The translations under genes were made by a program, and so were the position numbers. From positions 10,292,001-10,356,000 of the forward strand of contig JBHGNT010000016.1 of assembly GCA_043228905.1 (NCBI GenBank): a DNA stretch of 64,000 nt. Direction: 5' to 3'. The DNA comes from Azolla caroliniana (lineage: Eukaryota > Plantae > Polypodiophyta). The notes under the pieces are model-generated. The model was not told the DNA's origin. It made no database searches and was given only the letters and a program-made list of their open reading frames with translations. Below, in pieces: positions 24,392 to 36,807 of the stretch; positions within the stretch are counted from its first letter, which is position 1, and the number at the start of each line of letters is the position of its first letter.

Positions 24392-27300
24392 CACAGTTAT
24401 GCGCTCTCTCTTCTTGCACCAACAAGAAAATGACAACAACAGTAACTATAAGTTTGCCCTAAGTCATATTTATACTAATATGACATTTCGGCTATTTAAA
24501 AATATAGCCTCGATGGACTCTCAGAAACATATTTACGAATATGTCTCTTCATCCGGTGAGCATTCCTCACCGGGTCTGCACCATCCGGCTCTCCGTAGTC
24601 GGGTACTCCTGGTCCGATTTCAGCCTCAGCCTTTGTTCATCAGCATTGTTCTTCTCCCTTCCCATCCGGAGGGACCTGTCTCCCAACAAACTCCCCCTTC
24701 ACTCTGGCATGGGGTGTCTTACCAGTCCGATTCTCTTCCGGCATGCGTCCAGCTTGTCGGGTATCAGCACTTTGGTCAGCATATCTGACCTGTTCTCGGC
24801 CGTGTGGATCTTCATCAACGCGAACTCCTGGTCATCTACTCTTTCCTGGATCCAGTGATATCTTCGTTGGATATGCTTCGTCCGAGAATGGTAGGCCGCA
24901 GTCTTAGAAAGGTGGATGGCACTTTGATTGTCGCAATAGAGCCGATATTCCTCTTGCCGGATACCGAGCTCTCCGATGAAGTCCTTCATCCATAATATTT
25001 CCTTGCCAGCTTCCATAGCTGCCATGTACTCCGCCTCTGTGGTTGACAATGCAACCGTCTTCTACAACATCGACTGCCACGAAAGAGCTCCCCTTGCATA
25101 TGTCATTACATACCCGGATGTAGACCGGCTGGTATCCACATCAGCCGACATGTCCGAATCGGTGAAGCCGTCCAGTTGAGGTTTTCCAGAGCCGAATCGG
25201 AGACACATATTTGGAGTGCCCTTCAAATATCGGAGTATCCATTTGACCGCGTTCCAGTGCTCCTTGTCGGGATTGCTCATGAACCGGCTCACCACTCCGA
25301 CTGCGTATCATATATCCGGTCGGGTACACACCATTGCGTACATCAAGCTCCCGATGGCAGAGGCATATGGAATCTTCATCATATCCGCCTTCTCTGCTTT
25401 CGTCTTCGGGCTTTGCTTACCGGATAGCCTGCAGTTTGCCGGAAGTGTCTATCCGACCGGTTTCGCATCTGACATGTTGAACCGGTGAAGCACCTTTGTC
25501 ATGTACTTCTCCTGTGACAGCCATAATTGCTTCACTGATCGGTTCCGGATAATATGCATCCCCAGCATCTGTCTTGCCGGACCCAAGTCTTTCATTGAGA
25601 AGGTCCGGTTGAGGACCTTCTTCAACATCCGTATTTTGGCTTGGTCCCGTCCGACGATCAACATGTCATCCACGTACAGAAGGAGTATCAGGAAGTTGCC
25701 TCCTTCAAACTTCTTCACAATCACGCAGTGATCGGCCTGCGTCTTGTGGTACCCTTGATAGTTCATGAAGGAGTCGAACTTCCGGTACCATTGACGGGGG
25801 GCCTGCTTCAACCCGTAGAGGCTCTTCTTCAACCGGCATACCAGGTGCTCCTTCCCTTTCTCCACAAATCCCTCTGGTTGCTGCATGTAGATCTCCTCTT
25901 CGAGGTCGCCGTGAAGGAATGTCTTCTTCACGTCCAGCTGCTCTACCTCAAGGTCCATGCTTGCCGCTATACTCAACACCGTCCGGATGGAGGTCATCTT
26001 TACAACCGGGGCAAATATCTCGTCGAAGTCCACGCCCTTCTTCTGCTGGAACCCCTTCACCACGATCCTGGCTTTGTATCTCAGGGGGTTGCCGGCATCT
26101 CCCGGTTTCCACCTGTACACCCACTTGTTTCAGAGTGCCCGCTTTCCTTTCGGCAACTCCACCAATTCGTACGTATGGTTCTCATGCAGGGAATCCATCT
26201 CATCCTGCATGGCACTTAACCATTTGCGGCTATGGGTGTCATCCTTCGCTTCTTCGAAGCTTTCCGGCTCCCCCTCATCGGTCAGCAGCACATGCTCTGC
26301 ATCCGGAAATCTCCGGGGGGGCCTTCTCTCTCTGAGAGGATATCTACGTCTTCGGGCTTCGATAACCGGCTCCTCCATTTTCTCTTCATCCGAATCTGAT
26401 TCGGGGTCTAGGTCGGTTCCGGTCTCAGCTTCCTCTACTTCTTCTTATGCCAGTTCGGTATCCTCACCGTAACCGGCTGGTTCCTCGAGTGCTAACCGGT
26501 CTCTTGCCGGTTGGGTCTACTCATCGTAGAATCTATCCTTACCGGTCGACTCGGAGTTCATTATCTTCTTCTCTGACCCCCAGTCGGTGAGCGTCTTGTC
26601 CTCCATGAAGATAATATCTCGACTCCGGAATACCTTCTTGTCAACCAGGTCCCACACTGGGTAGCCGAACTCCTCGTCACCGTAACCGAGGAATATGCAT
26701 GGCCGGGTCTTTGGATCTAACTTTCCTCTCCGGTCCTTAGCTACATGCACATACGCGAGACACCCGAACACCTTCAGATGCCGGTAGGATACTTCCTTAC
26801 CGGTCCACACTCTCTGTGGCGTGTCTCCGTCCAAGGGTACTGAGGGTGATCTATTTATCACATATGTAGCCGTCGACAGTGCCTCAGCCCAAAACTTCTT
26901 TGGTAGTTTTGCATGCGCGAGCATACTACGGACCCTCTCTATTATGGTCTGGTTCATCCTCTCGGCCAGCCCGTTTAGTTCTGGCGTCTTTGGCATGGTA
27001 AATATGAGCCGGATTCCCTTCGAGCGGCAGTACTCCTCGAACTGCCCCCGATATTCTCCTCCGTTATCTGCTCGAACCACCTTCAGCTTCCGGCCGGTTT
27101 CTCTTTCCACTCTCGTGTGAAGCTCTTTGAAGACGGATAGCACCTGATCCTTCGTCTTCAACGGTGTGACCCACAGCTTCCGGTTGTGGTCATCTATGAA
27201 AGTCACGAAGTACTGCACTCCGGCATGTGACTTCATGTCTACCTGACACACATCCGTATGCACCAACTCCAGTGGTGCATTACGTCTCATCGGTGGCCTT

Positions 27301-29373
27301 GGTCGGAAGGAGGTCCGGTTTTGTTTACTGGACAGACAATCAGTGCACTTCTCCAAGTGCACGTTCTTCACTGGAATGAGGTTGTCATCTGCAAGCCTCT
27401 TCATCCCCTTCTCGCTCATATGACACAGTCTCTTGTGCCACAGCTCACCGGCAGTGTCGGATGCCACGTTCACTTCTTCCGGACATAACCGGGCATTCAT
27501 CAGGTACAGTGTGTTGACCTTCCGGGCCCGAGCCACAATCAGGCTCCCTTTGCTGAACTTCATGACACCATTCCGGATGCTACCCGTGTAGCCTTCATCA
27601 TCTAGCCGACCGGCTGATATAAGGTTCAGACGAACCTCCGGAATGTGTCGGACATCCTTCAGCAACAACTTGCATCCGGTTGGTGTTGACAGCCACACGT
27701 CTCCTATGCCAACAATTCGGCATGTACCTTTATTCCCCATCCGGACACAACCATGATCACCGGCTCAGTAGGATGAGAAGCATTTCCCGTCCGGGGTAAG
27801 GTGGAACGATGCTCCGGAGTCTACCACCCAGGTCATCTCGTCGCCGGCAAGGTTTATCTCACTCTCCTCGGTGATGAGCATAAACTCTTCTTCACTTGCC
27901 GCGATTGCCGTCGTTCCCGTCCGGTCTGTTCCCCTCCAGTTTTTACCGTTCCGGTCCAGGGTCTGCTTTGAATCGGTACCGTCGGTTTCCTTGTCTTTAC
28001 GGAAATGCCGACAGTTCTTTTGGAAGTGTCCCGGCTTGCCGCAATAGAAGCAAGTAGGCCTCCCCCTTGACTTTGACCGTGTCCCCGACTTTTCCCGGTT
28101 CTGGGGACTACGGTTTCTTTGTCTTTTGCGTTCCGATTTGGTAAGGAGCACTTTGGAGTCGGAGCTCGTATCTTTATCCTTCCGATGCGCCTCCTCATCT
28201 AGCAAGCTCGACTTTACTCTTGCTAGGGATAACTGCTTTCCTTCCGGCCCGGCGTTGCCCAAAGTGACAACCAACATCTCCCAGCTATCCGGGAGGGAAC
28301 CGAGCAGGAGTAACGCTAGTACCTCGTCGGCGAGAGGTACTTCCAATGATGCCTAGTGTATCAGGCCCTGGAAGGCATTCCTGTGCTCCGCCATGCTGGA
28401 GCCATCTTGGTACTGGAGTCTTACTAGCTTCCAGAATACCGAAACCTGATTAACAACATTTTTGTTTTGAAACATTATGCCAATCTTCTCCCAGAGCTCA
28501 TGAGCCTTGCTCTCGTCATTAAAGTTGTTGTACAAGCTCATGTCGATGAAGCACCGTATGTACGCCGTTGTCTTCATGTGCATCACCTCCCATATCGCGG
28601 CGTCGATTTTGTCCGGTCTCTTGTCCCCGAACTGAACCGGCACCCAGAGGTCTTTAACCACAAGCATGTCCCTCATCTTCGACTTCCACACTAAATAGTT
28701 GGAGCCGGTGAGCTTGAACATGCCGCCAAACGATTCGTCCATTTTCTGTGTCGTTTCGCTCTGATACCACTTGACGGGAACTCAACGCTCCTTATGCACA
28801 ACACTCGGCCACAACTGAGCTTAGAATCATACACAGAAAACAGGAAACGGAAAACACGCGACACAAAGGAGAGAAGAGTACACAGGATGTTTACGTGGAA
28901 AACCCAAACTAGGGAAAAAACCACGACAGCCCACAGGCTGCAAACTATCACTATGCTAGAATGTACAACAGTGAGTTCACGGAGGCAACGACCTCGTGCT
29001 CACGATCTTCGCCACAGGCGGCGGTTACAGCAGAAGCAACGACCTCGTTCTCTCTCTCTCTCTCTCTCTCTCTGTACACAGTTACGCGCTCTCTCTTCTT
29101 GCACCAACAAGAAAATGACAACAACAGTAACTATAAGTTTGCCCTAAGTCATATTTATACTAATATGACTTTTCGGCTATTTACAAATATAGCCTCGATG
29201 GACTCTCAAAAACATATTTACGAATATGTCTCTTCATCCGATGAGCATTCCTCACCGGGTCTGCACCATCCGGCTCTCCGTAGCCGGGTACTCCTGGTCC
29301 GATTTCGGCTTCGGCCTTTGTTCATCAACATTGTTCTTCTCCCTTCCCATCTGGAGGGACCTGTCTCCCAACA
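24083..29373 (-). mobile_element. Full-length Tork/Tnt1-like Ty1/copia (5.3 kb)
   Basis: LTRs 24083-24688 and 28772-29373; TSD GGTTC/AGTTC; PBS 28758-28769; PPT at 24691. Confidence 0.95.
24699..28742 (-). pseudogene. gag-pol: gag-pol polyprotein interrupted by several stops
   Basis: CFYCGKPGHFQKNC, WVVDSGASFH, LWHKRLCHMS, VRADNGGEY, LLYVDDML and YCDNQSAIHL in copia order (PR-INT-RT-RH). Confidence 0.92.
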
Positions 29374-32300
29374 AGTTCTAACTGTCGGACGTGTTTGAAA
29401 TGAAGAACCTATGGGAACCTCATTACTGTTGCAAATAATGCTCGGCCACAACCAAGTCTTAATCACTCAATGGAAAAAATAAAAATAAAATAAGATTAAC
29501 ACACTTGCACACAAAATGGGTCGACACAGTATGTTTATGTGGAAAACCTCAAGAGGCAAAACCACACAAGTTTGCAGACTCCAAACAGGATGACTATAGA
29601 GCAGAGGTACTACAAAGTGAGACTCAAAGGTAATGACCTCGAGCTCTATCTTTGCCAGCCAACGGTTACACCAGAAAAGCTTTCTATATATATATATATA
29701 TATATCACTCTGGCTCTCTATACACCTTCATAGTGTCAACAACACAAAACATTGTTGCCCTAGTTATATTTATACATATATAACTTTGGGGCTATTTACA
29801 AATATGACCTGAAACAGTCACATCGGAACATATACATAAACTAATATCTGGCCAAATACCAACCGGATCCATCCGATCCGGTTTCCGAGTATCTTCCGGA
29901 TCCATTTGGTCCAATTCTTTCCTTCAGCACGTCTGATCCAACTTGTCCGATTCTCATCCGGATCCCATCCGAAGGGACCGAATTCCCAACAAACTCTACC
30001 TTCACTCTGGCATGGGATGTCTTGTCAATCTGATCCATTCCCGGCACAGATCCAGCTTCTCAGTTGACAACACCTTGGTCAACATGTCTAACCTGTTCTC
30101 CTATGTTTGTATCTTCGTCAATGAAAAGTCTTTGTCTTCTACTTTCTCCCAGAACCAGTGGTATCTCCTATGGATGTGCTTGGATTGGGAATAGTAGGCC
30201 GCATTCTTTGTGAGGTGGATCGCTCTTTGACTATCGCAATAGAGCCCAAATTCCTCCTGTCAAATCCCTAGCTCTCCAATGAAGTCCTTCGTCCAAATTA
30301 CCTCTCTGCCGGTTTCAACAACCGCCATGTATTCCGCTTCCATTGTTGACAGTGCAATGGACTTTTGCAGCCTCGACTGCCAAGATACGGCTCCCCCTGC
30401 ATAAGTCAGAACATATCCGACGTTGACCGGTTGGTATCTGCATCAGCCGAGATGCTCGAATCCGTGAAGCCTACCAATAGGGGTTTAGCAGAGCCAAATC
30501 AGAGGCACATATCAAAGAGCCTTTCAAGTACTAGAGTATACACTTGACAACGGCCCAATGTTCTCTTCCCGGATTTCTCATGAAACGGTTGACCACTCCA
30601 ACTGCATATCTGATATCCGGACATGTGCACACTATTGCGTACATCAAACTTCTAACGGTAGAGGCATATGTTATCTTCATAATTTCTGACTTCTCTGCCT
30701 TTGTCTTTGGGCTCTGTTTTCTGGGCAGCTTGCAATTTGCCGGAAGTGTCGACCCAACCGGCTTAGCATCCATCTTGTTGAACCTTCGAAACACCTTTGT
30801 CACGTAATACTCCTGTGACAACCACATCTGCTTCTCCGTCTGGTCCCGAACTATGTGCATCCCCAGAGTCTCTCTCTTCGGACCCATATCTTTCATTGCG
30901 ATTGACCAGCTGAAGGCCTTCTCCAACATTCTAATTTTCATACGGTCCCGTCCAACGATCAACATGTCGTCCAAGTATAGCAATAGTATTAGAAAGTTCC
31001 CTCCGTCGAAACTCTTCACAAATACGCAGTGGTCAGCCTATGTCTTGTGGTATCCTTGGTAAGTCATGAAGGAGTTGAACTTCCGATACCATTGTCGGGG
31101 AGTGTACTTTATTCCGTATAAGCTCTTCTTTAACTGGCACACCAAGTGCTCCTTCCCTTTCTTGACAAATCCCTCCGGTTGTTGCATGTAGATCTCTTCT
31201 TTGAGGTCAGCATGTAGGAATTCAATCTTCACGTCTAGCTGCTCGACCTCGAGGTCCATGCTTGCCGCAATGGTCAACATAGTCCGGATGGATGTCATCT
31301 TTACTACCAAGGCAAAGATCTCATCGAAATCCACTCCTTTCTTCTTCTGGAAGACCTTTACCACAATGTGGGCCTCATACCTTGGTGGATTTCCGGCGTC
31401 TCCCGGTTTCAACTTGTGCACCCACTTGTTCCGGAGCGCTCTCTTTCCTTTCAACAGCTTTGTCAGTTCATATGTGTGGTTCTCATGCAGGGAATCCATC
31501 TCATCCTACATGGCACTTAACCACTTGCGGTTGTGGGTGTCTTTCTTTGTTTCTTTGAAGCTTTCCGACACCGCCTCATCGATCAGTAAAACGTGCTCTG
31601 CATTTGGAAATGTTTGGGGGGCCATTCTCTCTCTTAGAGGGTATCTCCGTCCTTGGTTTCCGACCATCGACTCCTTCGTCTGGTCTTCATCCAAATCCAA
31701 TTCGGGGTTTTGACTAGTTCTGATGTCTCATTCTTCATCAGTTGATTCGGTTATTTGTCTGAATCTGGCTGATTCATCATGGGTGTTGGGTTGACATCTG
31801 GCTTCTGACTGGATGTGTCCTTGCATCTTCCAGCTGATCTCTGTCGGTCGACCCGGAGTTAACTATCTTCTTGTCCGATTCCCAATCGGCAATGGTCTTA
31901 TCTTCCATGAAGACAATGTCTCAACTCCGGAAGACCTTCTTGTCGATCAAGTCCCACACCCGGTAGCCAAACTCATCATCGCCATATCCAAGGAATATGC
32001 ATGGTCGGGACTTCGGATCCAAATTCTCTCTCTTGTCCTTTGCTACATGCACGTAGGCAAGACAACCAAACCCCTTTAGATGCCAGTAAGACACGTCTTT
32101 ACCGGTCCATACTCTCTATGGTGTGTCTCCATCCAAGGGCGCTAAGGGTGACCTATTTATCACGTATATCGTTGTCATCAACGCATCAGCCCAAAACATC
32201 ATGGATAGCTTGGCATGTGCCAACATACTCTGGACTCTTTCCATTATAGTTTGGTTCATCCTTTCGGCCAATCTGTTTCGCTCCGGTGTCTTTGGCACGG

Positions 32301-33788
32301 TAAATTTGAGCCAGATTCCTTTTGACCGGCAGTATTCCTCAAATTACCCCCGGGATTCACCTCCATTGTTTTCTCGAACCGCCTTCAGCTTCAGGCCGGT
32401 TTCCCTTTCCACTCTCGCGTGGAATTTCTTGAAGACGGATAATACTTGGTCCTTCGTCTTCAGCGGTGAGACCTACAACTAGAAGTTGTGGTCATCTATG
32501 AACGTGACGAAGTACTGTGATCCAAGTTGTGACTTTGTGTCCACCTGACATACATCGGTATGCACAAGCTCTATTGCTCTAGTGGTTCTTTCCGTCTTGT
32601 TGGTGGTCTCGACCGGAAAGAGGTTTGGTTCTGCTTGCCAGCCAAGCAATCGATGCAACTCTCAAGTTGCACGTCTTTCACCTTCAGAATGAGATTATCT
32701 TCAACAAATTTACGCATCCCCTTCTAGCTCATGTGGCACAACCTCTTGTGCCACAACTCACCGGAAATGTCAGATACCACGTTCACTTCTTCACGGCATA
32801 TCCGAGCATGCATCAAGAACAACAAGTTGATCTTCCGAACTTGGACCACGATGAAGCTCCCTTTGCTGAACTTCATGACTCCGTTCCGGATGCTACCCAT
32901 GTAGCCTTCATCATCTAGCCAACCGGCTGATATCAGGTTTAGTCGAACCTCCAGAACGTGTCAACCATCTTTTAGCATCAACTTGCACCCGGTTGATGTT
33001 GTCAACCACACGTCACCTTTGGAATGAGGTTATCTTTAGCACATTTCCGCATCCCCTTCTGGTTCATGTGGCACAACCTCTTGTGGCATAGCTCACCGGA
33101 AATGTCGAATACTATGTTCACTTCTTCCCGACATATCTGGGTATGAATCAGGTACAACAAATTGATCTTCCGAACTCGGTCCACGATCATGCTCTCTTTA
33201 CTGAACGTCATGACTCTGTTCCGGATGCTACCGGTGTGGCCTTCATCATCTAGCCGACTAACTGATATTAGGTTTAGTGGAACCTCCGGAACGTGTTGAA
33301 CATCTTTCAGCAACAACTTGCACCCGGTTGACGTTGTCAACCACACGTCTCCTATTTTGACAATCTGGCATGCACCTTCATTCTCAATTCAGACACAACC
33401 ATGATCTCCGGCTCTATAGGATGAGAAGCATTTCTTGTCGCGGGTAAGATGGAACGATGCTCATGTCGTTGTCACGGATCATAAGATCAAGAGACAAGCA
33501 AGAAGATTTAACCAAATGGACAAGAAAGAAGATAGTATTAAAGGAAAGACTCCATAACTGGTGTTGTTCACCTTGAATTCCTTCAAGGTGAACTCCTCTA
33601 TTTATACTACATGGCATGCATACTTGTTGCATGCATGTGAATCTACAGTAGAGCATGTAGGTATGCATGCATGTGCCAAGTGTAAATACTACAAGGGAGC
33701 AAGTATGCACGTGATACTAGCAAAATAATAAGGACCAAATACATACATAACTATGTACTAGATATCTTGGTTAACTCATAATACTAGA

Positions 33789-35281
33789 TTATAACATGGT
33801 CGTGTCAAGAGTTCGAATCTTGACATTATGCCCTCTCCTACGCCGCCTTCCCAAATCGGTCGCTGGTGTTTGGGGATATCGGTGATGAAAATCTTGGACG
33901 ACCTCTATGGCATTTTGTAAATTTGCCGATGGTTCCCACGTGGCCTCAGACATGGGGTAACCCCTCCATAGGATGAGGTATTGCAAGTGTCGACGGTGCC
34001 AACGTGAGTCAAGGATTTGGTCGAGCTCGTATTCCTCCCCTGTCGTCAATTGCACAGGTGGTGGTGGTGGGGCCTGACGTCTTGGGAGTTGTGAAGCATA
34101 ATGGGGTTCGAGGAGGGAGACATGAAAAACATCGTGAATCCGGAAGTGGGATGGAAGGGCGAGCCGGAAGGCGATGGGATTGATGCACTCGATGGTACGG
34201 AATGGTCCCAACTTCTTGTAATCAAGTTTTGCACATGGACGAGTAATAGAGATGTGTGGACGTAACAACCAGACCATGTCTCCAACGACAAAGTGTGGAG
34301 TGGAAGATCGATGGCGATCAACCTGCTTCTTGTATCGTTCACTAGCAAGACTAAGCTCCAAGGATAAATCATGATGTAGTTCTTCCAAAATGCAGGCGCG
34401 ATCCTCCGTCGAAGGGTTCATGGAAGTGGTAGGAAGGGAAATGTTGAAGCGAGGATGTAAACCATAGTTGGCAAAGAAGGGAGTGACGCTAGTCGATGCA
34501 TGGAGAGAATTATTATAGGCGAATTCTGCGAGCAAAAGTAAGTTAACCCAATCATCTTGTTGGTAACTAACCGAGCACCGAAGATACTGCTCAAGGATTT
34601 GGTTGACACGCTCTGTTTGCCCGTCAATTTGGGGGTGATAAGCGGAGGACAACTTGACAGAGATGCCTAAAGTTTGTAGCAGGCGCTACCAGAAGTGAGA
34701 GACAAACTGGGGTCCGCGATCCGAGATGACCTCATCAGGGAGTCCATGCAAGCGTACCACATTGTTGAGTAGTAGATGCACCATGGTTTTGGAGCATGGA
34801 GTGAAGTGAGCCATCTTCGTAAACCGATCGACAATGACCAACACTGAGTCATAGCTATTGCCCAAGGGTAGATCAGTTATCAGGTCCATAGAGATAGAGG
34901 CCCAAGGACGACGAGGACATGGAAGCGGCTATAGTAAGCCGTATGGCCAATGATGAATGGCTTTGGAGCGAGCACAAACCTCACAACTCTTTATGTATTC
35001 TTTGACCAACTTCCATGGTTGTGGCCACGAATACCCCCGAGAGATTAGCTCAAGGGTTTTCGCGACCCCGAAATGACCTGCAAGTGGGTCATCGTGGCAT
35101 TCCCACAACACTCGGGTGCGACATGGGCCCTCTAGGATGTATAAGAGATGATCTCGGAACAACAAACCCTCTTGTATGGTGAAGGTGTCAAGATCCTTCC
35201 TTTTGGTCGCCTTGGACGGGTTTTGCAGACTATTTTGAATCTCGTTGGCGAAGCATCGGTCTTGGATGCATCAGTGATTTG
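33789..35281 (-). pseudogene. Chromovirus integrase with C-terminal chromodomain
   Basis: HDDPLAGHFG..C..C, ISDRGPQF, GQTERVNQ, GPF and EYELDQILDSR...YLILWRGYPMSEATWEP. Confidence 0.9.
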
Positions 35282-36807
35282 TTAGAGTAAAGAATCATCC
35301 TGCAACATACAAGTGGAAAAAAGATGCAATTGGTCGGGTTTCAACAAACGTCTAGATTGTTGAGCATAAGCAGCATCCCTAGGGTGGAGTGCAAGGTCAG
35401 ATCGGCGAGAAAGGGCATCAACCTTCCCATGTTGGTCACCAGGTCGAAATACGATCTCAAAATCATAGTCGGCGAGAAATGTCGACCAACGGGCCTGCCT
35501 TCGATTCAAAGTACAAGTGGTGGAAAAATAAACTAAATTTTTATGATCAGTCACTACCTGGACACGATGTTGTGCGACGGTCAAGTAGGGTCGCCATTCT
35601 TCAAAGGCAGCAATGATAGTAGCAAGCTCCTTGTCGTAAATGGGATAATTGATTTCGGATGCCGTAAATTTTCGGGAATAGTAAGCCACTGGGTGCATTA
35701 GGTTGTTTTTGTCTGCCTGGGATAAGATGGCACCAATGGCAAAGTCAAAGGCATCGGTTTCGACTTGGAAGGGTTTTGTGGGGTCAGCATGTAGCAGCAC
35801 TAGGGCAGTGATGAATGCGTGTTTGAGTGAGTCGAACACATTTTGCGCCTCCGAGGTCCATAAAAATGGAGTGCCTTTATGGGTGAGAGCGATAAGAGGT
35901 TGTGCTAGGGTGGAAAACCCCTTGATGAAGCGACGGTAAAAATTCACGAAGCCGAGGAAGGATTGCACATCTTTAAGTCGCCTTGGAGACACCCATGCCT
36001 GAATGACAGAGACCTTCTTCATATCCATGGTAATGCCAGTGGGCGAGATGATGTAGCCCAGAAATTCGATCGAGGTACGGTCGAACTCGCATTTCTCGCC
36101 TTTGGCATAAAGGCCATGCTCGCGAAGTTTGACAAGAACTAATCGAACTTGGCGAGTGTGCTCCTCCATGTTTGGCGAGAAAATGAGAATATCATCGAGG
36201 TAAATGACAACAAAAAGATCAAGATATTCCCGGAATATATCGTTCATCATATGTTGAAAAACTGCAGGAGCGTTAGTAAGACCAAAAGGCATTACCTTGT
36301 ATTCGAAATGCCCATACCGTGTTCGAAATGCGGTTTTCCATTCATCCCCCGGCTTGATGCGTACTAGATTGTACGCTCCATGCAGATCAACTTTGGAGAA
36401 GACACGCGCAACTCGGAGCCGATCAAGGAGTTCGGGGATCAGAGGTAGCGGATAGCGGTAGCGCACAGTGAGTTTGTTGAGACCTCGGTAGTCAATGCAT
36501 AAGCGTAGAGAGTCGTCCTTCTTCTTCACAAATAAAATGGGGTCCCCAGTTGATGACTTAAAAGGTTGAATAAATCCTTTCTCGAGGTTCTCATCGAGAT
36601 ACACATAAAGGGCCTTCAACTTTGGTGCAGACAACGCATATAGAGGACCAAAGGGTGGACACGCACCTTCTTGAAGATCAATCAGACAGTCGTAGAGCCG
36701 GTGTTCAGGCAAACGATCAGCATTACATTTTTCAAATACGTCCGAGAAGTGTTGGTATTTTTCAGGAATAACATGGAGTGTGTTAGAAATGGCGCCACAA
36801 ACAAACT
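35282..36807 (-). pseudogene. pol: Chromovirus RT-RNase H
   Basis: ORF 35282..36841 with LCIDYRGLN, MPFGLTNAP, IYLDDILI and VETDAFDFAIGA. Confidence 0.93.
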
